NCBI GenBank assembly: GCA_943787795.1
Contig: CALSNU010000001.1
Span: forward strand, 32,001 to 96,000
Direction: 5' to 3'
DNA: 64,000 nt
Source of the DNA: an uncultured bacterium
GTDB lineage: Bacteria > Planctomycetota > UBA1135 > GCA-002686595
The notes below the pieces were generated by a model. It was not told the DNA's origin. It ran no database searches and was given only the letters and a program-made list of their open reading frames with translations. Below are positions 27,255 through 36,039 of this stretch, piece after piece. Each line of letters opens with the position of its first letter. Within the stretch, counting starts at the first letter, position 1. A program made the translations under genes and the position numbers.

Positions 27255-27845
27255 CTAGCTCGCCAACCTTCCGAAGGCTTGCAGCGCTGCGTCGGCCGCG
27301 GCGCGGGCGCGGGGGAGCTCCTCGCGGCCCTCGTCGCCGTGGCCGTCGGCGGCCATGCTCCAGGCCCGGTTGAGGAGCCGCTCGCAGGTGGCGAAGTGGC
27401 TCCACACCGAGGCGTAGGCGTCGAAGCCCACCGAGGCCGCGAACTCATCGCTCTGGCTCCCCAGCTCGAAGAGCACGCCGCCGCGCAGCTCGTCGATCTC
27501 ACGGATGAGGTCGGCGTCCGCGGGGCGGGTCTCGTCGAGGTGTACGACGGCCTGGCGGACCGCGTTGAGGTGCTCGCGGATGGAGGCGAGCCCGTCCTGG
27601 TGAGCGGCGCCACCTGACCTGCGGCTCATCTTCGACACGAGGCCGCCGGCGATGAGCGCCGCGAGGCCAGCCCCGAGCAGCGTCCAGGCCAGCGGTTCGG
27701 TGGGCCCGAGGTCTTCGGCAGCGGCACCGCCGTCCACCATGGCCTTACCGTTGGCCGAGTCGGCGGGTGAGTGAAAACCCGTGGCGCCGATGGTGGCGAC
27801 GACGAACCCGACCAGGACGAGCGCTTGAGAGATCTTCTGCTGCAT
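27255..27845 (-). CDS. Hypothetical membrane protein
   Basis: Two hydrophobic segments followed by a helical domain; starts 13 bp after the OPT gene on the same strand. Confidence 0.6.
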   Translation of the reverse strand: MQQKISQALVLVGFVVATIGATGFHSPADSANGKAMVDGGAAAEDLGPTEPLAWTLLGAGLAALIAGGLVSKMSRRSGGAAHQDGLASIREHLNAVRQAVVHLDETRPADADLIREIDELRGGVLFELGSQSDEFAASVGFDAYASVWSHFATCERLLNRAWSMAADGHGDEGREELPRARAAADAALQAFGRLAS

Positions 27846-27858
27846 GGTGGTCTCGGGA

Positions 27859-29730
27859 TCAGAGGGTGCCGGCGACCTTGACGACCGCGTTGGTGATGTT
27901 GACCAGGGCGTCGCCCACGATGAGGCCCGCGGCCAGCGGGACGCCCTTGTCCTCGACGAAGCGCGGCCCCTTGCTCTTCGTGACGAAGATGCTGATCAAC
28001 CCGCCGAGCCCGAAGACGATCATGTACTTGAAGGGCAGGTACAGGGACAGGCCGATCATGACGCCCATGCCGGGTGAGACCAGGAGGGAGACCACCAGGC
28101 CGAGCAGCGCACCGGTGAGGTACTTGCCCACGGGGACGTCGCCTGACTGGACGATGTCAATCGCGGCCTGGAGAGCCCCCGCCTGGGGCGCACCAAGGAG
28201 CGGGATCCCCTCGGCGAGCTGCTCGGCGGATCCGCCGCTCGCGGCGTATTGCACCTCGGTCCCGGCGGCGACCGCGCGGTCCCACATGATCTGCGCCTGA
28301 TCGGGGCCGAAGGCGTAGGCGTTCCAGAGCACAAAGACCACCAGGAGGGAGACGCCGGGTCCGATCCAGCACGTGGCGATCTGCGCGATCTGCTGCTTCA
28401 GCGGGCGTCCGCCCACGAGGTAGCCCGTCTTGAGGTCCGCCATCATGTCGGCGCACATGGACGTCGCCACGCAGACCGCGGCGCCCAGCGTGACCGCCGG
28501 GATGATGGAGCTGACCTCGCTCGGGCCGAGGATGCCCATCAGGATCGCGATGGCGATGAGGGAGAGGCCTGAGAGGGGGGACCAGTCCGTACGCCCCGTG
28601 GTCTGCGCCACCACGAGGCTGGCGAGCCAGAGCCAGGTGATGCCGGCGACCGTGACCAGACCCGCCTCGAACCAGCTGACGTCGTCGCCGCCGGAGAGCT
28701 TCGCGGCGGCAAAGAAAAGGCCGCCGCCGATCAGGGTGCCGGTGCCGACGATGTTCATGGACACCTCCTCTCGTCGCCCGCCGGCCTCCTCGCCGCCGCC
28801 GCGGAGGCTGGCGAGTGCGGCCTTGAGCGCAGGCAGCGCGATCATGATTCCGGCGATCGCGCCGCCGAGGATCATGCCGATCCCCACCTTGTTCGCGGTG
28901 AAGTTGCGGAAGCCGTTGGCGAGGGCGTCTGCGTCCATGTAGTCACTGGAGCCTCTGCCGAAGACGTCGAACGCGGCATATTGCGGCTCCACCCAGCCGA
29001 GCCAGACGCACGCGGGGATCAGGACCCAGAAGTTCAGGATCGTGCCGTACAGGATCGCGAGGCCAGGGCGGCCCGCGATGAAGCCAGCGCCGAGCGAGAG
29101 CAGGCTCGCGGCGAAAACCAGCCGGATCCCTGCGGGTAGGCCGAGGAGCTCGCCCACGTGGAAGGAGTCGCTGATGACCGCGCCGGAACCGTTCCAATCC
29201 AGCGTCAGGCCGGTGAAGACCGCGGCGACCACGATGCCGATGGTGAGGAGCCGCGCCTTCTCGATACCGGCGCCGGGGGAGCGGAGGATCGTCCCCACGG
29301 CGATGGCGGAGGGGAAGCGCAGGCGCTCCAGGTCGATGATCTGCCGGCGCAGCGGGATGATCATCACCACGCCGAGGAGCGAGCCCGCGACACCGGCCAT
29401 CACCACCGCCGTCCAGTCAACGCTGTCACTCAGGCGCGCACCGTTCCGCTCCAGCAGGAACAGCACCGGGATGGTGAAGATGATCCCGGAGTTCACCGTG
29501 TTCACGGACGAGGCGATCGTCTGGAAGACGTTGACCTCGAGGATCGACCCCTGGCGCAGGATGCCGCGCAGGATGCCGAAGCCGATGATGGCGCCGACGG
29601 TGGATCCGACGATGGTGAAGCCGATCTGCAGGCCGGCGAACACGATGCCCATGTTGAGCACGAGTCCGACAAGCACGCCGCCGATCAGCGCCTGGGGGGT
29701 GAGCTCTCGATAGGTGCCTCGAGGTGTCAC
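27859..29730 (-). CDS. OPT/YSL family oligopeptide transporter
   Basis: Probable GTG start at 29730; RELTPQA, EVNVFQTIAS, LRFPSAIA, DMMADLKTGYLVG, APQA; many TMs. Confidence 0.9.
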   Translation of the reverse strand: MTPRGTYRELTPQALIGGVLVGLVLNMGIVFAGLQIGFTIVGSTVGAIIGFGILRGILRQGSILEVNVFQTIASSVNTVNSGIIFTIPVLFLLERNGARLSDSVDWTAVVMAGVAGSLLGVVMIIPLRRQIIDLERLRFPSAIAVGTILRSPGAGIEKARLLTIGIVVAAVFTGLTLDWNGSGAVISDSFHVGELLGLPAGIRLVFAASLLSLGAGFIAGRPGLAILYGTILNFWVLIPACVWLGWVEPQYAAFDVFGRGSSDYMDADALANGFRNFTANKVGIGMILGGAIAGIMIALPALKAALASLRGGGEEAGGRREEVSMNIVGTGTLIGGGLFFAAAKLSGGDDVSWFEAGLVTVAGITWLWLASLVVAQTTGRTDWSPLSGLSLIAIAILMGILGPSEVSSIIPAVTLGAAVCVATSMCADMMADLKTGYLVGGRPLKQQIAQIATCWIGPGVSLLVVFVLWNAYAFGPDQAQIMWDRAVAAGTEVQYAASGGSAEQLAEGIPLLGAPQAGALQAAIDIVQSGDVPVGKYLTGALLGLVVSLLVSPGMGVMIGLSLYLPFKYMIVFGLGGLISIFVTKSKGPRFVEDKGVPLAAGLIVGDALVNITNAVVKVAGTL

Positions 29731-30049
29731 GCGCTGCTCCGTGGTAAGGGGGGGAAGGGACCGGCGCCAGCATGCACGATCGGCGAGGCTGGCGCACGGT
29801 CGCTGTGATGCTCTTCGAAGGTCCTTGCGCCGCGGGCGACGGGACGGGGCCCAGATCGCCCGGAGCGCTCGTCGGGAGCGCGCGGCGACGAAATGGGTCC
29901 TCTGGCGGGTCCATGGCTCGGGGCCGCATCTCGTCTGCGAGGGATCCGCGTGGCGGCGCGGGGACCGCTGTCCTTCCCGCGCCCGGCGTGATGCCTGCGG
30001 CGCCGTTTCGACATGGCGCTCGATCCGGCAGGCGAGTACACCGGGACCC

Positions 30050-30985
30050 ATGATTCGCCCTCTCGGCCTCTCCGCTCTCCTCGTTCTCGCCGTCTCCTGC
30101 AGCAGCACTCCCGTGGCGCCGTCGCCGGGAGAGGTCTTCGTGGAGGGGTCCCTCCAGAACCTGGCGACGGGGCTGGGGTTCACCGAGGGGCCGGTGTGGC
30201 TCCCCGCGGATGAGCGTCTCATCTTCAGCGACATCCCTGCCGCGCAGCTCATGGCGTGGAGCGAAGCGGACGGACTCTCCGTCTTCCGCGAGTCCCCCAA
30301 GCCCAACGGCAATCTGCTCGACAACGAAGGGCGCCTGCTCACCTGTCGCCACGGCGCCCGCGACGTGGTGCGTACAGAACTGGACGGATCCATCACCGTG
30401 CTCGCCACCGGTTGGGACTCCAAGCGCTTCAACTCTCCGAACGATCTGGCGGTCGACGGCTCGGGCGCGCTCTGGTTCACCGACCCGCCCTGGGGCCTGC
30501 CGGATCAACGGGACGGCCGCGAGATCGAGGTGAACGGCGTCTATCGGCTCGACGTGGAGACCGGCGTCGTCGTGCAGGTGTCAACGACCCACGCGATGCC
30601 CAACGGGATCGCTCTCTCGCCCGACGGGGACGCTCTCTATGTCACGGACACAGGAGGACACCCCGCTCACCCGGACGAGGCCATGCGACGCTCGGAGGGG
30701 AACGTGACCTGCTACGCGGTCGGAGACGACGGTTCGCTGGCGGTGAGGTGGCAGGCGCCGGTGATCAGCGACGGCATCGCGGTGGACGAATTCGGCCGTG
30801 TTTACACGACGACCGGGCAGGGGGTCGTCGTGCTCGACCCCGCGGACGGCGAGGTCGTCACGACGCTTGAGCTCCCCGAGCAGCCGGCAAACTGCTGCTT
30901 CGGTGATGCGGATGACCGCACGCTCTTCATCACGGCGCGCACTGGCCTCTACAGCGTCCGAACGGGTGCGGCCGGCGCCCGCTAA
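30050..30985 (+). CDS. SMP-30/gluconolactonase family lipoprotein
   Basis: Lipobox AVSC; FTEGPVW, FSDIP, NSPNDL, FTDPPWG, PNGIALSPD, SDGIAVD. Confidence 0.9.
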   Translation: MIRPLGLSALLVLAVSCSSTPVAPSPGEVFVEGSLQNLATGLGFTEGPVWLPADERLIFSDIPAAQLMAWSEADGLSVFRESPKPNGNLLDNEGRLLTCRHGARDVVRTELDGSITVLATGWDSKRFNSPNDLAVDGSGALWFTDPPWGLPDQRDGREIEVNGVYRLDVETGVVVQVSTTHAMPNGIALSPDGDALYVTDTGGHPAHPDEAMRRSEGNVTCYAVGDDGSLAVRWQAPVISDGIAVDEFGRVYTTTGQGVVVLDPADGEVVTTLELPEQPANCCFGDADDRTLFITARTGLYSVRTGAAGAR

Positions 30986-31003
30986 GGTCTGGGGATCGGC
31001 CGT

Positions 31004-31825
31004 CTAGCCGCCGACCGTGGAGCGCAGGAAGCGCTCCACGCGCTCGCTGACCTCGGATTGGAAGAGGACTCCGGGGCTGTTGTGTCCGCCTTCGCCCTGG
31101 ATCCACTCCGCGCGCGTGCTGGCAGCCTCGGCGAGGGCTGTCCCCATCGCGATCGGGATCAGCTCGTCGTCGGGCGAGTGGGCGACAGCGAGGGGGACGG
31201 TGACCCCGTCGACCTTCGCCAGGTTGTCGTACTTGATGCCGGGGAGCCAGCGCAGCGGGATCCAGGGATAGAGGAGCTCCGCCATGTCCGGGACCGAGGT
31301 GAAGGTGCTCTCGAGGAACAGCCCGGCCACGGGTTGGCGCAAGGCGAGCTCAAGGGCGATGGCGCCGCCGAGCGAGCGGCCGTAGGAGACGACCTTTGAA
31401 GGGTCAAAACCCCCAGCGGTGGTGACCCAACGATAGGCGGCCTCCGCGTCGAGGTAGGTGCCCTCCTCGTCGGGGGACCCCGTGCTCGCGCCGTAGCCCC
31501 TGTAGTCATAGAGCAGGACCGAGAAACCCATGGCGACCAGCGCCCGTGCTGATCCGCCCCGACCCTCGATGTTGCCGGCATTGCCGTGGCTGAAGACGAC
31601 CGCGCCGACGGCCTCCGGCGCGGGCAGGAACCAGGCGCTCAGGGTCTCCCCGTCCCTGGTCTCGATCGAGATCGACTGGCCCGGAAGACCCAGTTCCTGC
31701 GGCGTCCGCGATGGCGGCGGGCCGGGGAAGTAGATGAGCCTCGGTTGGAGCACGAGGACCGCCACGAGGCAGACGAGGTAGATGGCCGCGAGTCCACCCG
31801 TGATCCGCAGGAGCCGGCGAGGCAT
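31004..31825 (-). CDS. Alpha/beta hydrolase (ABHD13/17-like), membrane-anchored
   Basis: HGNAGN, DYRGYG, GRSLG, ESTFTS, HSPDDELIP, GGHN. Confidence 0.88.
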   Translation of the reverse strand: MPRRLLRITGGLAAIYLVCLVAVLVLQPRLIYFPGPPPSRTPQELGLPGQSISIETRDGETLSAWFLPAPEAVGAVVFSHGNAGNIEGRGGSARALVAMGFSVLLYDYRGYGASTGSPDEEGTYLDAEAAYRWVTTAGGFDPSKVVSYGRSLGGAIALELALRQPVAGLFLESTFTSVPDMAELLYPWIPLRWLPGIKYDNLAKVDGVTVPLAVAHSPDDELIPIAMGTALAEAASTRAEWIQGEGGHNSPGVLFQSEVSERVERFLRSTVGG

Positions 31826-31829
31826 GGAG

Positions 31830-33341
31830 TTAGCGAGGCTCCTGGCGCCCGAGGTTGTAGCCGAGGCCCCTGAGCTTGCGTTCGAGCTCCTCGGAGAGCG
31901 GCGCAGTGTTCGACGGCCGGCGGAGCTTCGAGAACTCGGAGGCCACCTGGTCAACGTCCTTGGGCGCGGCGGCCTCAGGGGGCGACGCAGCGTCGAAGGC
32001 GCGGTGAGAGGCGGCTCGTTCGCCGCCCTTGACCCGCGCGCGCACGGTCACCACGCCGTCCGCAGCCATGCCCTGCTGCTCGTCGGGGATGAGGTACTCC
32101 CCGCCCTCGATCCAGCCGCCGTTGCCCAGGTGGAGCAGGGAGGGCTCGTCCAGGCGCAGGCCGCGCTCCTCGCCGTCGGTCAGGTTCGCCGCGGCGAGCC
32201 CCTGCGGCCTCTGGACCCCCGCCAGCCCCAGCAGCGTGGGGCCGAGGAGTCGATTCTCCACCCGCTCGGGGATCCGCGCTCCCGCGGCGATGCCCGGTCC
32301 GGTCAGGATCAGCGGGACGTGGACGCTCTCTGGATAGAGCTGCCCGCCGTGACCCATGAGCCCATGTTCGAGGAACTCCTCGCCGTGGTCGGAGGTCAGC
32401 GCGAGGAGGGTGCGATCCATCGGGCCGCGTCGCCGGAGCGCCTCGAGGAGGTCGCCGATGGCGAGGTCCGCGTCGCGCACCTCTGCGGCATAGCAGCGCC
32501 GCCGCCAGTCCACGAAGTCGTCGATGGCCGCCTCGTCGTAGGGGGCCCCCTTGATCATCAGGTTGTAGGCGCGGGTCACGGCGCCGAGATCCTCATCGGT
32601 GGGCGGCGTGGAGAGGCCGAGGGCCGCCACGGAATCGGCCGAGGGCCGGTACGGCGAGTGGGGCTCGACGAGGTGGACGTAGAGGAAGAACGCCTCACCG
32701 GGCTGGCGCTCGGCGAGCCAGGCCTTCGCGCGCTCGAGGGGAATGGCCGCGTGATCCCAGCTGTCGTCCGTGCCCTCCCACACGTCGAAGCCGCGGCCGA
32801 ACCCGAGCTCGGCGTCCATGATGGGGTTGGCGACGAAGGCGGCGGTGGCCCACCCCGCGGACTGGAAGGCGGCGGCCACGCTCGGGACGTCGGGTGAGAT
32901 CGAGGAGCCGTCCTTGCCGATGAGCCCGTGCTCCGGAGGCAGCTTGCCGGTGAGCAGGGAAGCCGTGGAGGGCCAGGTCCAAGAGGACGTCGCCAGGCAG
33001 CGCTCGAAGAGCGTCCCTTCCTCGGCGAGGGCGTCCATGGTGGGAGTCACCGCCTCCGCTGCACCGTAGGCGCCGAGGGCGTCGGCGCGCAGGGTGTCCA
33101 CGACCACGACGACCACGGCGTCCACCGCAGGCGGGGTCGGGTCCGCAGGCTGGCAGCTGCTGAGGCTCGCCGCGGCCAGGCCCAGAGCGAGTGGGATCCG
33201 CGCGAGTGGGATCCGCGCGAGCAGGACCCGTGCGGATGGGACCTGTTCGGATGAGACCCGTTCGGCGGTGATCCAGCCTGCGTGAGCCCAGGGACGGGTG
33301 GGGCGGGCGCGGCCTGCTTGGTTGAGACGGGTGGGTTGCAT
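31830..33341 (-). CDS. Sulfatase-like (alkaline phosphatase superfamily) lipoprotein; true start may be downstream
   Basis: VDTLRAD, SWTWPSTASLLTG, EPHSPY, TSDHGEEFLEHG, LRGLGY; lipobox-like LSSC. Confidence 0.85.
   Translation of the reverse strand: MQPTRLNQAGRARPTRPWAHAGWITAERVSSEQVPSARVLLARIPLARIPLALGLAAASLSSCQPADPTPPAVDAVVVVVVDTLRADALGAYGAAEAVTPTMDALAEEGTLFERCLATSSWTWPSTASLLTGKLPPEHGLIGKDGSSISPDVPSVAAAFQSAGWATAAFVANPIMDAELGFGRGFDVWEGTDDSWDHAAIPLERAKAWLAERQPGEAFFLYVHLVEPHSPYRPSADSVAALGLSTPPTDEDLGAVTRAYNLMIKGAPYDEAAIDDFVDWRRRCYAAEVRDADLAIGDLLEALRRRGPMDRTLLALTSDHGEEFLEHGLMGHGGQLYPESVHVPLILTGPGIAAGARIPERVENRLLGPTLLGLAGVQRPQGLAAANLTDGEERGLRLDEPSLLHLGNGGWIEGGEYLIPDEQQGMAADGVVTVRARVKGGERAASHRAFDAASPPEAAAPKDVDQVASEFSKLRRPSNTAPLSEELERKLRGLGYNLGRQEPR
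33187..33261 (+). repeat. Five degenerate 15-bp tandem units in the 5' end of the sulfatase-like ORF
   Basis: gcgagtgggatccgc x2, gcgagcaggacccgt, gcggatgggacctgt, tcggatgagacccgt (read as RIPLA-like pentapeptides). Confidence 0.75.
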
Positions 33342-33503
33342 GGCGGACGGTCCGCGTCGAGGCGACGCTCGGCTCCCATCTTACGTGGGGATCAGGACGA
33401 TCCCCCTCAGGTACGTCGCCAACCGGGGTCCGAGCTCTCGAGCGCGGTCGGCACCGGGCGCTCCTTGATCGGCGTCGGCCGGTGGCGAAGAATGCTGCCG
33501 CTG

Positions 33504-33707
33504 ATGCCCACGACCCTGAACAAGACCATCGCGTGGGGTGGGGCGCTGGCCCTGCTCGTCCTGCATCTGGATTTCTGGCGGGACCGGGGGACGGCACTGC
33601 TGATGGGCTGGATGCCGCAGGAGCTTGCCTGGCGCATGGGGTGGATGCTGCTCTCGACCCTCTACCTCGTCTGGTTCTGCCGCGCCATCTGGGTGGAGGA
33701 GGACTGA
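33504..33707 (+). CDS. Small membrane protein (DUF3311-like), probable symporter partner
   Basis: LHLDFW...LLMGWMP...W, 67 aa, ending 3 bp before the symporter start. Confidence 0.7.
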   Translation: MPTTLNKTIAWGGALALLVLHLDFWRDRGTALLMGWMPQELAWRMGWMLLSTLYLVWFCRAIWVEED

Positions 33708-33710
33708 CCC

Positions 33711-35189
33711 GTGGATCCCCTCACCACCTTCTTCATCGCCCTCGTCGCCTACGTGGCCCTCGTGCTGGGCGTCGGGATCATGGCGACGCGCCGCGCGGGC
33801 TCCTCCTCCGAGGAGTACTTCCTCGCCGGCCGGGGCCTCGGGACGCTGGTGCTCTTCATGGCGCTCTTTGGCACCAACTGCACGGCCTTCGTGCTGGTCG
33901 GGATTCCAGGGCAGGCGTACCACGACGGGCTGGGCGTCTTCAGCATCAACGCGCCCATCATCGCGCTCGGCATTCCGCTGACGTTCTGGGCTATCGGTTC
34001 GCCGGCGCGCCGGCTCGCCCGGGAGCTGGGGGCGATGACGCCGGCGGAGCTCTACTCACGCCGGTTTGGATCCCGCGCGGTGGGGATGGTCATGTTCGCC
34101 TTCTTCACGGTCTACACCCTGCCCTACATGGTCACGGCGATCCGGGGGGCAGCCGTCACGCTGACGGTGGTGACCGAGGGGCAGGTCCCCGAGTGGATCG
34201 GCGGCGCCGCCGTGCTCGTGGTCGCGCTCGTCTATACGTCCCTCGGCGGCATGCGCGCGACCGCGTGGACCAACGTCGTCCAGGGGGTGATCTTCCTGGG
34301 CTTCATGATCGCCGCCTTCTTCGTCTTCGCCAACGGCGTCGGCGGGGAGGAGGGCATCGGCGGCGCCATGCGCGCGGTACGAGACCACGACCCCGAGCTC
34401 CTGGGGGTCAAGGATACGGGCCTCTACGCACCGGCGGCCTGGACCTCGTGGAGCCTCGCGATCTCTCTGACCGTGGTCGCCTTCCCGCACATGCTGGTGC
34501 GGCTCATGGCGGCTGACTCCGACCGGACCCTGAAGAACATCTGCCGGCTGTATCCGGTGGCGCTCATCGCCCTGTGGGCGCCGGCGGTCATGGTCGGGGT
34601 CTTCGGCGCCGTCGCCTTCCCGGGGCTGGAGGGCAAGGAGTCCGACCGCATCTTTTCGATGATGGTCACCGAGTACCTGCCGCCCGCGCTCTCGGCCCTG
34701 GGCTTCCTCGCGGTGCTCGCGGCGGTGATGTCGACGCTGGACGCGCAGATCCTCACCCTGGGCTCGATGCTCTCTCGCGACATCCTGCGGCCGTCGAAGG
34801 ACCCCAAGGGCGACGTGCGCCGCGGCCGCGCCTTCGGCGTCGTCATCGCGGTGGCGGTGTTCGTGCTCTGGAGGGTTGGGGGGCAGTCGATCTTCTCCCT
34901 CGCCTCTGTGTCCTTCTCGGGCTACGTCACCTTGACCCCTGCGCTGTTCCTCGGGCTCCGCTGGCGGCGCTTCAACGCGGCGGGGGCGCTGACTTCGATC
35001 CTGGGGGCGAACGCCGTCTACTTCCTGGCCCTCGAATCCGCGGGCGGGCTGGGCGGCGCCATGTCGCCGGCCTGGTTCGGGTACCTCCCCGTCATGTGGG
35101 GCTTCCTCGCGGGGTGCGCGGGTGCGGTCCTGGGAACCTACCTCGGCGGTCAGCGGGGCGTCGGGGTCGCGCCCGCCACCGGGACCTGA
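33711..35189 (+). CDS. Sodium:solute symporter family protein
   Basis: EEYFLAGRGLG, YTSLGGMRATAWTNVVQG, AAVMSTLD; about 13 TMs. Confidence 0.92.
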   Translation: MDPLTTFFIALVAYVALVLGVGIMATRRAGSSSEEYFLAGRGLGTLVLFMALFGTNCTAFVLVGIPGQAYHDGLGVFSINAPIIALGIPLTFWAIGSPARRLARELGAMTPAELYSRRFGSRAVGMVMFAFFTVYTLPYMVTAIRGAAVTLTVVTEGQVPEWIGGAAVLVVALVYTSLGGMRATAWTNVVQGVIFLGFMIAAFFVFANGVGGEEGIGGAMRAVRDHDPELLGVKDTGLYAPAAWTSWSLAISLTVVAFPHMLVRLMAADSDRTLKNICRLYPVALIALWAPAVMVGVFGAVAFPGLEGKESDRIFSMMVTEYLPPALSALGFLAVLAAVMSTLDAQILTLGSMLSRDILRPSKDPKGDVRRGRAFGVVIAVAVFVLWRVGGQSIFSLASVSFSGYVTLTPALFLGLRWRRFNAAGALTSILGANAVYFLALESAGGLGGAMSPAWFGYLPVMWGFLAGCAGAVLGTYLGGQRGVGVAPATGT

Positions 35190-35909
35190 TCAGCCGCTGG
35201 TCTCGGGCCTGCGGTAGCGCGCGACGAAGCGCCGGAGGGGCGGGGTCTCGTCGTCGAAGTAGTCCTCGAAGGAGTGCTCGACGAGCCCGAGCTCGGTGAG
35301 GGGCGCGAGCTCGGAGCGGAGCAGCGGCCAGGGGAGCTCGCCCGGGTCGTCATCAGCGTCCCGTCCGCGGGCGATGATCCAGAGCTCCCCCCCTGGAGCC
35401 ACCAGGGGCGCGAGTGACGCGATCGCCGCGGCGCGGCGGCCGGGGTGCAGCACCTGGAGGGTGTAGACCTCGACCACCAGCTGGAAGCCCGCCGAGCCAT
35501 GGAGCGGCGGGGTCAACAAGTCACCGGCGAGCCACCGGATCGGCCGGTCGGAGAACCTCCCGGCGGCCGCGCCGACGGCGCTGGGCGAGACGTCGAAGGC
35601 GGTCACCCGCGCGCCCCGATCCGCGAGCCAGGCGGCGTCATCGCCGTAGCCCGCGCCCGTGACCAGGACCTCGGGGTGGGCTGGCAGATCGCGGGACCAG
35701 GCCTCCCAGCGAGCGGTGAGGTTGGGGTTGGGGACCCGGTCGCCCCAGAACACCAGCTCGGGCCGCTCGACCGCCTCGCGGTAGAGGTCCTCGCACCACC
35801 CGTCTGGCCGCCCGTCATGGGCCGCCTGCGCGCGGAGGGCGCGGGCCCTTGACCGCGGGTCCGGGCGTCCCGCGGGCTCGGGCTGATCGGGGGGGGACGG
35901 TTGGGACAC
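35190..35909 (-). CDS. Class I SAM-dependent methyltransferase (TPMT-like)
   Basis: Probable GTG start at 35909; PNPNL, VLVTGAGYGDDA, TAFDVSPSA, EVYTLQ, VAPGG, PWPL. Confidence 0.8.
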   Translation of the reverse strand: MSQPSPPDQPEPAGRPDPRSRARALRAQAAHDGRPDGWCEDLYREAVERPELVFWGDRVPNPNLTARWEAWSRDLPAHPEVLVTGAGYGDDAAWLADRGARVTAFDVSPSAVGAAAGRFSDRPIRWLAGDLLTPPLHGSAGFQLVVEVYTLQVLHPGRRAAAIASLAPLVAPGGELWIIARGRDADDDPGELPWPLLRSELAPLTELGLVEHSFEDYFDDETPPLRRFVARYRRPETSG

Positions 35910-36039
35910 GGTGGGGGGGGATGGGGCGTCCAGACTACAGGTCGGTGGCCTCGAGCGCGCGCGGGGTCCCAGGTCCCCAGAGCGGGCCTCGCGGTCGCCG
36001 CGGTCGCGTTCTTCGGGAGGCTGGGATACGGTCCTTCCC

